NCBI GenBank assembly: GCA_040400795.1
Contig: JBBAPO010000001.1
Coordinates: forward strand, 30,523 to 94,522
Source: Rhodoferax sp.
GTDB lineage: Bacteria > Pseudomonadota > Gammaproteobacteria > Burkholderiales > Burkholderiaceae_C
Direction of reading: 5' to 3'
DNA: 64,000 nt
The translations under genes and the position numbers were made by a program. Positions within the stretch are counted from its first letter, which is position 1, and each line of letters starts with the position of its first letter. Positions 19,180 to 31,130 of this stretch are shown one piece after another. The notes under the pieces were generated by a model, which searched no databases, was not told the DNA's origin, and saw only the letters and a list, made by a program, of their open reading frames with translations.

Positions 19180-20244
19180 ATGTTGAACAACGCTCTGGTG
19201 CTTGGGATTGAGTCCTCCTGCGACGAAACCGGGGTGGCACTGGTGCAGTTGCAAAGCACAGACACGCCGGTCTTACTGTCACAGGCCTTGCACAGCCAGA
19301 TTGAGATGCACCAGGCCTATGGCGGCGTGGTGCCTGAGCTGGCCAGTCGCGACCATATTCGCCGGGTGTTGCCGCTGGGCGCCCAGGTGTTGGCGCAGGC
19401 CGGGCGCACGCTGGCCGAGGTCGATGTGGTCGCGTTCACCCGAGGCCCGGGCCTGGCTGGGGCCTTGCTGGTGGGTGCTGGCGTGGCATGCGCGCTGGGG
19501 GCAGCCCTGGGCAAGCCGGTGCTAGGCGTGCACCACCTGGAGGGGCATTTGTTGTCGCCGTTTTTGAGCGCCGATCCGCCCACTTTCCCGTTTGTGGCCC
19601 TGCTGGTGTCGGGTGGTCATACCCAGCTGATGCGGGTGGAAGGGGTGGGGCGCTACACGCTGCTGGGCGAAACCATTGACGATGCCGCTGGTGAGGCCTT
19701 TGACAAATCGGCCAAGTTGCTGGGGCTAGGTTACCCCGGTGGTCCGGCCTTGTCGCGCCTGGCCGAGGGCGGTAACCCTGCGACTTTTAAACTGCCGCGC
19801 CCACTGTTGAATCAGCCCAACCTGGATTTCTCGTTCGCTGGCCTCAAGACCGCCGTGATGGTGCAGGCCAAGCGTCTGGCCGCTGAACATGCTGGCACGG
19901 TGGCCGAACTGCCGCTGCAAGTGCGGGCTGATTTGGCAGCCTCGACCGAGGCCGCGATTGTGGAGGTGCTGGTGAAAAAGTCGCTGGCTGCCTTGGCTCA
20001 AACCGGGCTGGGCCGGTTGGTGGTGGCTGGTGGCGTGGGCGCCAACCGCCACTTGCGCCAGCAACTCAACCAGGCCTGCCAGCGCCGGGGCGTGCGGGTG
20101 CACTACCCGGAGCCGCACCTGTGCACCGACAACGGCGCCATGATTGCCATGGCTGCGGCGATGCGGCTGCAGTCTGGCGTGCAGGCGGCCAGCTGGGCCT
20201 ACGCTTTTGACGTTAAGCCGCGCTGGCCGCTCGATGCCCTGTGA
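19180..20244 (+). CDS. tsaD: tRNA N6-adenosine threonylcarbamoyltransferase
   Basis: Contains [15 protein letters not shown] and HHLEGHL. The start is uncertain (19123, 19147 or 19180). Confidence 0.9.
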   Translation: MLNNALVLGIESSCDETGVALVQLQSTDTPVLLSQALHSQIEMHQAYGGVVPELASRDHIRRVLPLGAQVLAQAGRTLAEVDVVAFTRGPGLAGALLVGAGVACALGAALGKPVLGVHHLEGHLLSPFLSADPPTFPFVALLVSGGHTQLMRVEGVGRYTLLGETIDDAAGEAFDKSAKLLGLGYPGGPALSRLAEGGNPATFKLPRPLLNQPNLDFSFAGLKTAVMVQAKRLAAEHAGTVAELPLQVRADLAASTEAAIVEVLVKKSLAALAQTGLGRLVVAGGVGANRHLRQQLNQACQRRGVRVHYPEPHLCTDNGAMIAMAAAMRLQSGVQAASWAYAFDVKPRWPLDAL

Positions 20245-20259
20245 GCAAGGTGCTGGGCC

Positions 20260-20637
20260 TTAGTTGACCGCCAGCTCGGTGACGCGGCTTACCGGCACCT
20301 GCTTGGTCAGCTTGAGCGTGAGCACGCCGTTCTCCAGCCTGGCTTCGCTGCTGGCCACATCGATGTCTTGCGGCAATTCATAGGCTGCCTTGTAGGCGCG
20401 GGGCGCACCTTCCTTGCTGTTCAGGCGGACGATGTTGCCCTCAATCCCGATGCTCAGTTGGTCTTTCGAAATACCGGGCATATCGAAAGTCAATGTGTAC
20501 GACGTGTCGTCCTGGCTAGTGACAGCGCTCTGCTGGCGGCCGGCGACTTGGGCCTGATTCAAAAAACGTTCGAGCGAGAGGCCGGCTGGCGAATAGATTT
20601 GACGACGCAGGGCGGCGGGTGATGTGGCGAAAAACAT
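20260..20637 (-). CDS. Hsp20/alpha-crystallin small heat-shock protein
   Basis: Has an alpha-crystallin core (YTLTFDMPGISKDQLSIGIEGNIVRL..ARLENGVLTLKL). Internal ATG at 20637. Confidence 0.85.
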   Translation of the reverse strand: MFFATSPAALRRQIYSPAGLSLERFLNQAQVAGRQQSAVTSQDDTSYTLTFDMPGISKDQLSIGIEGNIVRLNSKEGAPRAYKAAYELPQDIDVASSEARLENGVLTLKLTKQVPVSRVTELAVN

Positions 20638-20732
20638 GAGTAGGCTCCTAGTACACTGAGCGCGGTTCGACATGAACCATCGCATGCACTGAACGTGCGA
20701 ATGAAGCGACCGTTTTCAAGAGAAATTTCCAC

Positions 20733-22016
20733 ATGTTTATTGTTTGCGGCAGGGTCTTGAAATGGCTGCTGCTGGCGCTAGTTGGCCCGACCCTGGTGTT
20801 GGCGCAAACCCCTGCGGCGCCGCCACCGATCAAGCTGGCCTTGATTGAAACCCTGAGTGGGCCGTTCGCCAACACCGGCGAGGCGGTGTTTCGCAATCTT
20901 TTGTGGGCCGTGGAGAGGGTCAATGTGCGCGGCGGCGTCAGGCTTCGAGATGGCAGTGGCGCGCGACTGCTCAGCCTGCAACGGCACGACAACAAGGGTC
21001 AGAACGAAGAGGCTCTGTCGGTTCTCAAGGCCGCTATTGACGACGGCGCCGCTTATGTCTTGCAAGGCAACTCATCAGCGACGGCAGCAGCACTGCTGGA
21101 TGCCATCAACAAACACAACGAGCGCGAACCGGCGCGCCGTGTGCTCTTCCTCAACTACTCGGCTGTTGACCCGGTGCTGACCAATGAAAAGTGCAGTTTT
21201 TGGCACTTTCGGTTTGATGCCCACGCCGACATGCGTATGGCCGCTCTGATAGCGGTGCTCAAGGACGACCAGTCCCTGCGAAGCGTTTATATCCTCGGCC
21301 AGGACTACAGCTTTGGTCAGGCCGTGGCGCGCGATGCCCGGCGCCAATTGGGTCTGCTGAGGCCCGACGTTCAGATCGTGGGTGATGAGCTTCACCCCAT
21401 GGGTCGGGTCAAGGATTCTTCGCCCTACATCGCCAAAATCAAGGCCAGCGGTGCCCAGGCGGTCATCACCGGCAATTTCGGTAATGACCTGACGCTGCTG
21501 GTCAAGGCAGCACGGGAGCTGGGCTTCGAAGGCCGTTTCTACACGTTCTACGGCAACGCGCTGGGCGCGCCAGCAGACATCGGCGAGGCAGGTATCGGCC
21601 GCGTGATGGCCGTGGCCGACTGGTTGCCCAATGTGCCTGGCCCACAGAGTGAAGCGTTTTACCAGGCGTTTCGGCAGCGCTTCCCGCAGCCCGCTGATGA
21701 CTACGTGCACCTGCGCATGCAATTGATGGTGGAGGCGCTGGTCCAGGCCATCGAGCAGGCCGGTACGCTGCAGCCCGTGACGGTGGCCAAGCAACTCGAA
21801 CAGGCTCGTGTCAACTTGGCCGGGCAGACTGGCACCATGCGGGCGGCCGACCATCAATTTCAACAGCCTTTGGTGGTGGGTGTGATGGAGCGCCAAGGCA
21901 ATGCTGGCGTGAAATTTGACGTCGAAGGCTCCGGTTTTGGATTCCGCGTTGTCAAGACGCTCACTGCCGCACAAGCTGAACTGCCAATGCGTTGCACTAT
22001 GCAGCGTCCGGGCTGA
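20733..22016 (+). CDS. Periplasmic branched-chain amino-acid-type ABC substrate-binding protein (orphan, no adjacent permease)
   Basis: Has a signal peptide and LivK-like motifs (IKLALIETLSGPFA, ILGQDYSFGQ). Confidence 0.85.
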   Translation: MFIVCGRVLKWLLLALVGPTLVLAQTPAAPPPIKLALIETLSGPFANTGEAVFRNLLWAVERVNVRGGVRLRDGSGARLLSLQRHDNKGQNEEALSVLKAAIDDGAAYVLQGNSSATAAALLDAINKHNEREPARRVLFLNYSAVDPVLTNEKCSFWHFRFDAHADMRMAALIAVLKDDQSLRSVYILGQDYSFGQAVARDARRQLGLLRPDVQIVGDELHPMGRVKDSSPYIAKIKASGAQAVITGNFGNDLTLLVKAARELGFEGRFYTFYGNALGAPADIGEAGIGRVMAVADWLPNVPGPQSEAFYQAFRQRFPQPADDYVHLRMQLMVEALVQAIEQAGTLQPVTVAKQLEQARVNLAGQTGTMRAADHQFQQPLVVGVMERQGNAGVKFDVEGSGFGFRVVKTLTAAQAELPMRCTMQRPG

Positions 22017-22039
22017 CCCGTTATTTTCAGGAGCGATTC

Positions 22040-23200
22040 ATGCGCAAAGTTATTCTTAATCTTGCTGAAAGCCGTATCCGCGAGGTCGCCAACGCGGGTA
22101 TGGGGCGCAGCGATGTGCTGGCGTTCTGGTTTGGTGAAAGCGATGAGGTCACGCCTGAGGTCATTCGCCAGGCGGCGATTGCCTCCCTTCAAAAGGGCGA
22201 GACTTTTTATTCTCAGAACCTGGGGCTGCCCGAGTTGCGGCACGCGGTGGCTGAGTACATGAGCGCGCGCCATGGCCCGATCTGGCTCGACCGATTGGCC
22301 ATCACCAGCGGCGGGGTCAACGCCTTGATGCTGGCCATACAACAGCTGGTCGATGCCGGTGATGAGGTGGTGGCGGTAACGCCAGTCTGGCCCAATTTGA
22401 CGGCCCAGCCCGCCATCATGGGTGCGCAACTGCGCTGTGTGCCCCTGACGCCCCAGGATGGGCAATGGCAGCTCGATATGAGCGCCTTGCTGTCAGCGGT
22501 GACTCCTCAAACCAAGCTGCTCATCGTCAATGCACCCAACAACCCCACCGGCTGGACCCTGACGCGTGAAGAGCAGCAGCAAATCCTGGACCATTGCCGC
22601 CAGACCGGGACCTGGATTCTGGCTGACGAAGTCTACGAGCGGCTTTATTTTGAGCCCAGCGCCAATGGCTGTGCCCCCAGTTTTTTGGACGTTGCTGCGC
22701 CCGACGACCGGCTGGTGGTGGTGCACAGCTTCTCCAAGAGCTTTTTGATGACGGGCTGGCGTCTAGGCTGGTTGGTGATGCCCCCGGACATGACGCCTCA
22801 GATCAGCAAGCTGATCGAGTTCAACACCTCCTGCGCCAGCGTCTTCACCCAACGTGCCGGCATCGCCGCGCTGCAGCACACCGATGCCATCACACCTTCG
22901 GTGGTGGCGCACTTGAAGCTTTGCCGCGACACCCTCATCCCCTTGCTGCAGGCAGTGCCTGGGGTTCAGGTGGCGCCTGCGCGGGGCGGTATGTATGCAT
23001 TTTTCAAGTTGGCGGGGCATCCGGACTCGCTGCAGACGGCGAAGCGGCTGGTCCTTGAGGCGGGGCTCGGCCTGGCCCCGGGCGAGGCGTTCGCGTCCGA
23101 GGCGCAGGGCTGGTTGCGCTGGTGCTTTGCCTCGCGCGACCTGCAGCGCTTGGTACAGGGCGTTGAACGCCTGCAGCGCTGGCTCGCCGCGCAGCCCTGA
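22040..23200 (+). CDS. Class I/II PLP-dependent aminotransferase
   Basis: NPTGW and [16 protein letters not shown] (PLP lysine) are present. AGGAG lies upstream of the ATG at 22040. Confidence 0.85.
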   Translation: MRKVILNLAESRIREVANAGMGRSDVLAFWFGESDEVTPEVIRQAAIASLQKGETFYSQNLGLPELRHAVAEYMSARHGPIWLDRLAITSGGVNALMLAIQQLVDAGDEVVAVTPVWPNLTAQPAIMGAQLRCVPLTPQDGQWQLDMSALLSAVTPQTKLLIVNAPNNPTGWTLTREEQQQILDHCRQTGTWILADEVYERLYFEPSANGCAPSFLDVAAPDDRLVVVHSFSKSFLMTGWRLGWLVMPPDMTPQISKLIEFNTSCASVFTQRAGIAALQHTDAITPSVVAHLKLCRDTLIPLLQAVPGVQVAPARGGMYAFFKLAGHPDSLQTAKRLVLEAGLGLAPGEAFASEAQGWLRWCFASRDLQRLVQGVERLQRWLAAQP

Positions 23201-23331
23201 GGCGTGGGTGCATCTGGGTCAGGCTGGACGGGTTGCTTCAGCTATACTACAAAGGCTTTGCACACTGCATAAGCACACGTCCGGGGCAGTTCCAGCGCCG
23301 CACGCAAGTTCAATTTACACAGGAAAATGAC

Positions 23332-23598
23332 ATGATCGCATCCAGCATCAAAGCCGCTGTCGTCAAAGACAACGCACGCCAAGCCGGCGACACAGGCAGC
23401 CCTGAAGTTCAGGTCGCCTTGTTGACCGCCCGCATTAACGAGCTCACCCCCCACTTCAAGACCCACGCCAAAGACCACCATGGTCGCCGTGGTCTGCTGC
23501 GCATGGTGAGCCGCCGTCGTAAGCTGCTGGACTACCTCAAGTCCAAGGACGCTGACCGCTACACCGCGCTGATCTCCAAGTTGGGTCTGCGCAAGTAA
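23332..23598 (+). CDS. rpsO: 30S ribosomal protein S15
   Basis: Contains [38 protein letters not shown]. Confidence 0.97.
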   Translation: MIASSIKAAVVKDNARQAGDTGSPEVQVALLTARINELTPHFKTHAKDHHGRRGLLRMVSRRRKLLDYLKSKDADRYTALISKLGLRK

Positions 23599-23618
23599 AC
23601 GACCCATCGGATGATGAA

Positions 23619-23652
23619 CGCCTGAGTTAGCTCTGCTGCTCAGGCGTTTTTT
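23619..23652 (+). terminator. Rho-independent terminator/attenuator after rpsO
   Basis: Stem CGCCTGAG, 12-nt loop, stem CTCAGGCG, followed by 6 T. Confidence 0.7.
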
Positions 23653-23812
23653 ACTTCGGAGAAGGCGAAATCAGAGCGAAGCTGTGTCATTCCATCGAAA
23701 TTTGAGCCCATCGGCCCGGTTTTCTCTGGAATGGCATCGTGTTCTGTCAGGCTGTATCCGGGCTCGGGCGAGGTGGCCTGCACCTCCCGCATTGTGATCA
23801 GGAGATATCAAT

Positions 23813-25930
23813 ATGAGCATGTTCAATAAAGTGACCAAGACATTCCAGTGGGGCCAGAACACGGTCATCATGGAAACCGGTGAAATCGCCCGCCAATCTG
23901 GTGGTGCTGTGATGGTGAATATCGAAGGCACAGTGGTGCTGGCGACCGTGGTGGCGTCCAAGAACGCCAAGCCTGGTCAGGATTTCTTCCCCCTGACGGT
24001 GGATTACCTGGAAAAAACCTATGCTGCTGGCAAGATTCCCGGAAGCTTTTTCAAGCGCGAAGGTCGGCCCAGCGAGTTTGAAACCCTCACCAGCCGTCTG
24101 ATCGACCGCCCGATTCGCCCGCTGTTCCCCGAAGGCTTCTTCAATGAAGTTCAGGTCGTGGTGCATACCCTGTCGCTGAACCCTGAAGTCGATGCAGACA
24201 TCGCCGCCCTGATCGCCACCAGCGCTGCCCTCTCCATCAGCGGTATTCCATTCACCGGCCCGATTGGCGCCGCTCGCGTTGGCTACATCAACGGCGAGTA
24301 TGTGCTCAACCCGGGCCAGACGGCACGCAAGGGCTCCATCATGGACCTGGTGGTTGCCGGTACCGAAGCCGCCGTGCTGATGGTGGAGTCTGAAGCCCAG
24401 CAACTCAGCGAAGAGATCATGCTCGGCGCCGTGGTGTTTGGCCATGAGCAGGGCAACATTGCCATCAACGCCATCCACGATTTGGTTCGCGATGCCGGCA
24501 AGCCACTCTGGGACTGGGCTGCACCCGCCAAGGACGAGCCTTTGATTGCCCGCGTGAATGCGCTGGCAGAAGAGCGCTTGCGCGCGGCTTATCAAATTCG
24601 CAACAAGCAGTCCCGTACCCACGCCTGCCGTGAAGCCTATGCTGCGGTCATGGCTGACTTGAAGGCCGACGGCGTGGCCTTTGACGGCGTCAAGGTCGAG
24701 GGCATGCTGTTTGACATCGAAGCCCGCATTGTTCGCAGCCAAATTCTGGCCGGCGAGCCGCGCATTGACGGTCGTGACACTCGCACCGTGCGTCCGATTG
24801 AAATTCGCAACGGCGTCCTGCCGCGCACCCATGGCTCAGCCCTGTTTACCCGTGGCGAGACCCAGGCACTGGTGGTGACCACGCTGGGCACCGAGCGCGA
24901 TGCCCAACGCATCGATGCCCTGGCTGGCGAGTATGAAGACCGCTTTATGCTGCACTACAACATGCCTCCGTTTGCCACTGGCGAAACCGGTCGTGTGGGT
25001 ACGCCCAAGCGCCGCGAAATCGGCCACGGCCGTCTGGCCAAGCGCGCCCTTGTGGCCTGCCTGCCAAACAAGGAAGACTTCCCTTACACCATGCGCGTCG
25101 TCAGCGAAATCACCGAGTCCAATGGTTCCTCGTCGATGGCTTCGGTCTGCGGCGGCTGCCTGTCCTTGATGGACGCTGGTGTTCCCATGAAAGCGCACGT
25201 GGCGGGTATCGCCATGGGCCTGATCAAGGATGGCAACCGTTTTGCGGTGCTGACTGACATTCTGGGTGATGAAGATCACCTCGGCGACATGGACTTCAAG
25301 GTCGCAGGCACCACCAACGGCATCACAGCCTTGCAAATGGACATCAAGATCCAGGGCATTACCCGTGAGATCATGCAAGTTGCTCTGGCTCAGGCCAAGG
25401 AAGCCCGCATGCACATCCTGGGCAAGATGCAAGAAGCCATGAGCGAGGCCAAGACCGAAGTGTCCAACTTCGCGCCACGACTGTTCACCATGAAGATCAA
25501 CCCGGACAAGATCCGTGACGTGATCGGTAAAGGCGGTTCGGTGATTCGTGCCCTGACTGAAGAGACCGGCACCCAGATCAACATCGAGGAAGACGGCACC
25601 ATCACCATCGCCTCAGCCGATCCGGCCAAGGCCGAAGAAGCCAAGCGCCGCATCGAGCAGATCACAGCTGAGGTTGAAATCGGCAAGATCTACGAGGGCC
25701 CGGTCACCAAGATTCTTGATTTCGGCGCACTGATCAACTTGTTACCCGGCAAAGACGGTTTGCTGCACATCAGCCAGATCGCCCACGAGCGGGTCGAAAA
25801 AGTCACTGATTACCTGTCCGAGGGCCAGATTGTCAAAGTCAAGGTCATGGAGACTGACGAAAAAGGTCGCATCAAGTTGTCCATGAAGGTGCTGCTGGAT
25901 CGTCCGACACAACACGGCGACCACGCTTGA
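23813..25930 (+). CDS. pnp: Polyribonucleotide nucleotidyltransferase
   Basis: 705 aa with two RNase PH domains, a KH domain ([11 protein letters not shown]) and an S1 domain ([13 protein letters not shown]). Confidence 0.97.
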   Translation: MSMFNKVTKTFQWGQNTVIMETGEIARQSGGAVMVNIEGTVVLATVVASKNAKPGQDFFPLTVDYLEKTYAAGKIPGSFFKREGRPSEFETLTSRLIDRPIRPLFPEGFFNEVQVVVHTLSLNPEVDADIAALIATSAALSISGIPFTGPIGAARVGYINGEYVLNPGQTARKGSIMDLVVAGTEAAVLMVESEAQQLSEEIMLGAVVFGHEQGNIAINAIHDLVRDAGKPLWDWAAPAKDEPLIARVNALAEERLRAAYQIRNKQSRTHACREAYAAVMADLKADGVAFDGVKVEGMLFDIEARIVRSQILAGEPRIDGRDTRTVRPIEIRNGVLPRTHGSALFTRGETQALVVTTLGTERDAQRIDALAGEYEDRFMLHYNMPPFATGETGRVGTPKRREIGHGRLAKRALVACLPNKEDFPYTMRVVSEITESNGSSSMASVCGGCLSLMDAGVPMKAHVAGIAMGLIKDGNRFAVLTDILGDEDHLGDMDFKVAGTTNGITALQMDIKIQGITREIMQVALAQAKEARMHILGKMQEAMSEAKTEVSNFAPRLFTMKINPDKIRDVIGKGGSVIRALTEETGTQINIEEDGTITIASADPAKAEEAKRRIEQITAEVEIGKIYEGPVTKILDFGALINLLPGKDGLLHISQIAHERVEKVTDYLSEGQIVKVKVMETDEKGRIKLSMKVLLDRPTQHGDHA

Positions 25931-25996
25931 GCAACATCTGCCTTGATATGAAAATGATAGCGCCTGGTCCAAGCGGGACAAGGGCTATCAGCTGAT

Positions 25997-26998
25997 ATGA
26001 CCATGAAAGTTGTTGAGATTTCGGCCTTTGGCGCGCCCTCGGTGCTGCAATTGGCTGAGCGGCCGATGCCGGTTGCGGGTGCCGGAGAGGTCTTGATCCG
26101 GGTCGCAGCCAGCGGCGTCAACCGGCCTGACGTCTTGCAGCGGGCCGGCCTGTACCCGGTGCCGCCAGGGGCGTCCGATATTCCCGGCCTAGAGCTCGCC
26201 GGCGTTATTGTTCAGGGCGACGCCCAGGCGATGGCTCAGGCCGGACTGGCGATCGGTGATCGAGTCTGTGCCCTTGTGGCGGGTGGTGGCTACGCCGAGT
26301 ACTGTGTCGCGCCTGTGCAGCAGTGCCTGCCGGTGCCCACGGGGTTGAGCGACATCGAGGCCGCGTCATTGCCCGAAACTTTTTTCACCGTCTGGAGCAA
26401 TGTGTTTGACCGCGCTCGTCTGCAGCCAGGCGAACGCATCCTGATTCAGGGTGGCTCCAGCGGCATTGGCGTGACAGCCATCCAAATAGCCAAAGCCTTT
26501 GGTGCCCATGTGCTGGTCACAGCCGGTAGCGACGCCAAATGTCAGGCCTGCCTGGCTTTGGGTGCCGACCACGCCATCAATTACCGCAGTCATGATTTTC
26601 AGCAGGAAACCATGCGTCTGACCAACGGCGCTGGCGTCGACGTTGTTTTGGATATGGTGGCTGGCACCTATGTCGCCAAAGAAATCGAATGCCTGAGTGA
26701 AGATGGCCGATTGGTCATAATCGCCGTCCAGGGTGGCGTCAAGTGTGAATTCAACGCTGGGTTGGTGTTGCGTCGGCGGCTGACTGTGACCGGCTCGACC
26801 TTGCGGCCAAGGCCGGTGGCCTTCAAGGCGGCCATAGCCATGGCGCTTCGTGACAAGATTTGGCCTTTGATCGAACAGGGCCGTATCAAGCCTGTGATTC
26901 ACAGCACTTTCGCTGCTGCCGACGCCGCACATGCACATGAACTGATGGAATCCAATCAGCACATTGGAAAGATCGTGCTGACCTGGGGTGCCGCATGA
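25997..26998 (+). CDS. qor: NAD(P)H:quinone oxidoreductase (MDR/zeta-crystallin family)
   Basis: Contains VAASGVNRPD and LIQGGSSGIGVTAIQIAK. Confidence 0.85.
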   Translation: MTMKVVEISAFGAPSVLQLAERPMPVAGAGEVLIRVAASGVNRPDVLQRAGLYPVPPGASDIPGLELAGVIVQGDAQAMAQAGLAIGDRVCALVAGGGYAEYCVAPVQQCLPVPTGLSDIEAASLPETFFTVWSNVFDRARLQPGERILIQGGSSGIGVTAIQIAKAFGAHVLVTAGSDAKCQACLALGADHAINYRSHDFQQETMRLTNGAGVDVVLDMVAGTYVAKEIECLSEDGRLVIIAVQGGVKCEFNAGLVLRRRLTVTGSTLRPRPVAFKAAIAMALRDKIWPLIEQGRIKPVIHSTFAAADAAHAHELMESNQHIGKIVLTWGAA

Positions 26999-27741
26999 AG
27001 AAAACGCTGATTGCTGGCAACTGGAAGATGAATGGCAGTTTGAGTGCGAACGAGGCCTTGATCCACGCGTTGCGCGTGGGGCTGCCAGCGACGGTGGCCT
27101 GCCAAGTTGCGCTGTGCGTCCCCTCCGTTTATCTCGCCCAAGTTCAGAGCCTGCTGGCGGGTAGTGGATTCGACCTCGGAGCGCAGGACCTGTCGGCCTA
27201 CGAGGGCGGTGCCTATACAGGGGAAGTATCGGCTGCCATGCTGCGCGACAGTGGTGTGCGCTATTGTCTGGTGGGTCATTCCGAACGGCGCCAGTACCAT
27301 GGCGAAACCGATGCGATGGTGGCTGTGAAGGCACAGCGGGCTCTGGCTTGCGGCATCACGCCCATCGTGTGCGTGGGCGAGACCTTGGCTGAGCGCGAGG
27401 CGGGCGCCACGGAAGCGGTTGTCAAGCGTCAACTGGCTGCAGTGATCCATGTTAATGGGCACTGCATCAGTGAAATCGTGGTGGCTTATGAGCCTGTCTG
27501 GGCTATAGGCACGGGCAAGACCGCCAGTGCCGCGCAGGCCCAGGAAGTGCATGCCCTGTTACGCGCCCAACTGAAGGCGGCCTCCTCACAGGCTGACCGG
27601 GTGGCCATTTTGTATGGCGGCAGCATGAACGCCGTCAACGCGGCTGAGTTGCTGGCGCAGCCCGATGTCGATGGCGGCCTTGTTGGCGGGGCCTCGCTCA
27701 AGGCACCAGATTTTTTGTCAATCATCGCTGCAGCGCGCTAA
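26995..27741 (+). CDS. tpiA: Triosephosphate isomerase
   Basis: Contains AGNWKMNG, GHSERR, AYEPVWAIGTG and GGASL. Confidence 0.95.
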   Translation: MKKTLIAGNWKMNGSLSANEALIHALRVGLPATVACQVALCVPSVYLAQVQSLLAGSGFDLGAQDLSAYEGGAYTGEVSAAMLRDSGVRYCLVGHSERRQYHGETDAMVAVKAQRALACGITPIVCVGETLAEREAGATEAVVKRQLAAVIHVNGHCISEIVVAYEPVWAIGTGKTASAAQAQEVHALLRAQLKAASSQADRVAILYGGSMNAVNAAELLAQPDVDGGLVGGASLKAPDFLSIIAAAR

Positions 27742-27777
27742 CGCCATCCTGCTAAGCTATCCTTTCCGGAGTAATTC

Positions 27778-28131
27778 ATGAGTATCTTGTTGACGATTCT
27801 TCTCGCTGTTCAAATGTTGTCGGCAGTGGCCATGATAGGCCTTATCCTGATGCAACATGGCAAGGGTGCCGATATGGGTGCTGCCTTTGGCAGCGGTGGT
27901 TCAGGTAGTCTGTTTGGGGCTACTGGTAGCGCCAATTTTCTGTCGCGCAGCACGGCAGTCCTGGCAACTATTTTCTTTGTCTGCACCTTGTTGTTGGCCT
28001 ATTTCGGAATGGCCCGGCCAGCCGCACCTGCAGGCAGTGTGCTGCAAGGGGTTAGCGTTTCAGCACCTGCTGCCGCGGCGTCCGCACAGGTGGTGCCAGC
28101 CTCGGGCGCTGCCCAGATTCCATCAAAGTAA
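27778..28131 (+). CDS. secG: Preprotein translocase subunit SecG
   Basis: Contains LILMQHGKGADMGAAFGSGGSGSLFG. Confidence 0.9.
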   Translation: MSILLTILLAVQMLSAVAMIGLILMQHGKGADMGAAFGSGGSGSLFGATGSANFLSRSTAVLATIFFVCTLLLAYFGMARPAAPAGSVLQGVSVSAPAAAASAQVVPASGAAQIPSK

Positions 28132-28249
28132 TGCCCTTGAAATACCCTCTAGACGTTAAAGAAACAAGTCGTTTTCAGGGTAAACTCTAGTTGTGTTCGG
28201 AGAGCAATTCGCCATACAGCGCCTCATGCCATCCGGACTCTTGAAAGCC

Positions 28250-28334
28250 GCCGTCGTGGTGAAATTGGTAGACACGCTATCTTGAGGGGGTAGTGGCGAA
28301 AGCTGTGCGAGTTCGAGTCTCGCCGACGGCACCA
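28250..28334 (+). tRNA. tRNA-Leu (anticodon GAG), CCA encoded
   Basis: Acceptor stem GCCGTCG/CGACGGC. Anticodon stem CTATC/GGTAG with loop TTGAGGG. It has a long variable arm, GTTCGAGTC in the T arm, and a 3' ACCA. Confidence 0.9.
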
Positions 28335-28392
28335 GATAAGAGGTTTGCAGCGTTTACCTGCAGCGGACCAATAACTTGATCAGCATCACCAG

Positions 28393-28752
28393 ATGAATCT
28401 TGAACAGTACTTGCCAGTCATCTTGTTCGTTCTGGTTGGTATCGGTGTTGGCATCGTCCCCCAGGTTTTGGGTTACGTGCTTGGACCGAATCGGCCTGAT
28501 CCAGCCAAAAATTCCCCCTATGAATGCGGCTTTGAAGCATTTGAAGACGCACGCATGAAATTCGATGTCCGCTACTACCTGGTGGCCATCCTGTTCATCT
28601 TGTTCGATCTCGAAATCGCCTTCTTGTTTCCGTGGGCGGTGTCGCTCAAGGACATTGGTAGCCTTGGCTTCTGGGCGGTCATGGTTTTTCTGAGCATTCT
28701 GGTCGTGGGATTTGTCTATGAGTGGAAAAAAGGCGCTCTTGACTGGGAATAA
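28393..28752 (+). CDS. nuoA: NADH-quinone oxidoreductase subunit A
   Basis: Contains SPYECGFE and [11 protein letters not shown]. Confidence 0.95.
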   Translation: MNLEQYLPVILFVLVGIGVGIVPQVLGYVLGPNRPDPAKNSPYECGFEAFEDARMKFDVRYYLVAILFILFDLEIAFLFPWAVSLKDIGSLGFWAVMVFLSILVVGFVYEWKKGALDWE

Positions 28753-28766
28753 GCGGGGAAGATGCA

Positions 28767-29246
28767 ATGATCGAAGGCGTACTGAAGGAAGGCTTTGTCA
28801 CCACCAGCTATGACTCGGTGATGAACTGGGCCAAGACCGGTTCGGTTTGGCCGATGACCTTCGGGTTGGCCTGCTGTGCTGTCGAGATGATGCATGCGGC
28901 AGCAGCGCGTTATGACATCAGCCGCTTTGGCGCTGAGGTGTTCCGTGCGAGCCCGCGGCAGTCTGACCTCATGATTGTTGCCGGTACGCTGTGCAACAAA
29001 ATGGCCCCAGCCCTGCGCAAGGTTTACGACCAAATGTCAGAGCCTCGCTGGGTCATCAGCATGGGTTCCTGTGCCAACGGTGGTGGTTACTACCACTACA
29101 GCTACTCGGTGGTGCGGGGTTGCGACCGCATTGTGCCGGTCGACGTCTATGTGCCGGGTTGCCCGCCGACCGCTGAGGCTTTGCTCTACGGCATCATGCA
29201 ACTGCAGCAAAAAATCCGCCGCACCCAAACCATTGCCCGAGTCTGA
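28767..29246 (+). CDS. nuoB: NADH-quinone oxidoreductase subunit B
   Basis: Contains [10 protein letters not shown] and GCPP, the N2 cluster ligands. Confidence 0.95.
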   Translation: MIEGVLKEGFVTTSYDSVMNWAKTGSVWPMTFGLACCAVEMMHAAAARYDISRFGAEVFRASPRQSDLMIVAGTLCNKMAPALRKVYDQMSEPRWVISMGSCANGGGYYHYSYSVVRGCDRIVPVDVYVPGCPPTAEALLYGIMQLQQKIRRTQTIARV

Positions 29247-29255
29247 GGGATTGCG

Positions 29256-29864
29256 ATGACTGTTTATGCTGTGAATCCTGAGGCGCTACAAGCCGTTGTG
29301 GCGGCCGCGTTGGGTGACAAGGTGCTACACATCGGCGTCGCCCGTGGCGAGTTGAGTGTGCACGTTGATGCGGCTGTATTGCGCCAGGTGGCCCTGACAC
29401 TGCGTGATGCGCCGGGTTGCCAGTTCGAGCAGCTGATTGACCTCTGTGGCGTCGACTATTCGGATTACAAGGGCGTCGGCCTTGACGGCCCGCGCTTTGG
29501 TGTGGTGCTGCATTTGTTGTCGGTCAGCTTGAACCAGCGCCTGCGCGTTCGGGTATCAGCACCCGATGACGACCTGCCGATACTGCCTTCGGTCACTGCG
29601 GTCTGGAGCTCGGCCAACTGGTTCGAGCGCGAGGCGTTTGACCTGTTCGGCATTGTGTTCGAGGGGCATGATGACCTGCGGCGCATTTTGACCGACTATG
29701 GATTTATCGGGCACCCGTTCCGCAAGGATTTTCCCCTGAGTGGCCATGTCGAAATGCGCTACGACGCAGAGAGCCGGCGTGTGGTCTATCAGCCCGTCAC
29801 CATTGAGCCACGTGAAATTACACCGCGCATCATCCGGGAAGACAACTACGGAGGCCTGCACTAG
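29256..29864 (+). CDS. nuoC: NADH-quinone oxidoreductase subunit C
   Basis: Contains [14 protein letters not shown]. Confidence 0.95.
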   Translation: MTVYAVNPEALQAVVAAALGDKVLHIGVARGELSVHVDAAVLRQVALTLRDAPGCQFEQLIDLCGVDYSDYKGVGLDGPRFGVVLHLLSVSLNQRLRVRVSAPDDDLPILPSVTAVWSSANWFEREAFDLFGIVFEGHDDLRRILTDYGFIGHPFRKDFPLSGHVEMRYDAESRRVVYQPVTIEPREITPRIIREDNYGGLH

Positions 29865-29876
29865 GCGGTATACGTC

Positions 29877-31130
29877 ATGGCTGACATTAAAAACTACACC
29901 CTGAATTTTGGGCCTCAGCACCCGGCAGCGCACGGCGTTTTGCGCCTGGTGCTTGAGCTTGATGGCGAGGTTATCCAACGCGCCGACCCGCATATTGGCC
30001 TGTTGCACCGCGCCACTGAAAAGCTTGCCGAAAGCAAGACATTTATCCAGTCGCTGCCCTACATGGACCGGCTCGATTACGTCTCGATGATGTGCAACGA
30101 GCACGCCTATTGCTTGGCCATTGAAAAGCTGATGGGTATTGACGTGCCCTTGCGTGCGCAGTACATCCGCGTCATGTTTGCCGAGATCACGCGCCTGCTC
30201 AATCACCTGATGTGGCTGGGCTCCCATGGCAACGATTGCGGGAGCTCAACCATTCTGATCTACGCCTTTCGTGAGCGTGAAGACCTGTTTGACATGTACG
30301 AGGCTGTCAGTGGCGCGCGCATGCATGCCGCCTATTTCCGCCCGGGCGGCGTCTACCGCGACCTGCCCGACAGCATGCCGCAGTACAAGGCAAACAAGAT
30401 TCGGAATGCCCGTGGCATCGCCCAACTGAACAGCAACCGGCAGGGCTCCTTGCTCGACTTTATTGACGACTTCACCCAGCGCTTCCCGACCTATCTCGGC
30501 GAGTACCACACGCTGCTGACAGAGAACCGGATCTGGAAACAGCGCACGGTCGGTATCGGTGTTGTCACACCGGAGCGCGCGCTCAATTTGGGCTTCACAG
30601 GGCCTATGCTGCGTGGCTCAGGCATCGCCTGGGACCTGCGCAAAAAGCAGCCCTATGACGTCTATGACCGTATGGAGTTTGACATTCCCGTAGGTGCCAC
30701 AGGCGACTGCTATGACCGCTATCTGGTGCGCATGGAGGAAATGAAGCAATCCAATCGCATCATCAAGCAGTGTGTCGATTGGCTGCGCCTCAACCCTGGA
30801 CCGGTGATCACCGACAACCACAAAGTGGCGGCACCTGATCGCGAATCCATGAAGTCCAACATGGAAGAACTGATCCACCACTTCAAACTCTTTACCGAAG
30901 GCTTTCATGTGCCCGAAGGCGAAGCCTACGCCGCGGTCGAGCACCCCAAGGGCGAGTTTGGTATTTACCTGATCAGCGACGGTGCGAACAAGCCCTACCG
31001 CCTGAAGATCCGACCGCCAGGCTATGTGCATCTGGCTGCACTCAACGAGATGGCCGGTGGACACATGATCGCCGATGCCGTTGCCGTCATCGGCACCATG
31101 GATATCGTGTTTGGAGAAATCGACCGATGA
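29877..31130 (+). CDS. nuoD: NADH-quinone oxidoreductase subunit D
   Basis: Contains [15 protein letters not shown] and HIGLLHR. Confidence 0.95.
   Translation: MADIKNYTLNFGPQHPAAHGVLRLVLELDGEVIQRADPHIGLLHRATEKLAESKTFIQSLPYMDRLDYVSMMCNEHAYCLAIEKLMGIDVPLRAQYIRVMFAEITRLLNHLMWLGSHGNDCGSSTILIYAFREREDLFDMYEAVSGARMHAAYFRPGGVYRDLPDSMPQYKANKIRNARGIAQLNSNRQGSLLDFIDDFTQRFPTYLGEYHTLLTENRIWKQRTVGIGVVTPERALNLGFTGPMLRGSGIAWDLRKKQPYDVYDRMEFDIPVGATGDCYDRYLVRMEEMKQSNRIIKQCVDWLRLNPGPVITDNHKVAAPDRESMKSNMEELIHHFKLFTEGFHVPEGEAYAAVEHPKGEFGIYLISDGANKPYRLKIRPPGYVHLAALNEMAGGHMIADAVAVIGTMDIVFGEIDR

Noticed and set aside
20686-20732. Sigma-32-type promoter for the hsp20 gene (CTTGAAAA on the minus strand at 20713-20720)
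   Set aside because: The -35 matches well, but I could not find a CCCCAT-type -10 at the proper spacing, so I do not call it.
23798-24832. 344-aa minus-strand ORF
   Set aside because: It is antisense to pnp, so it is a shadow ORF.
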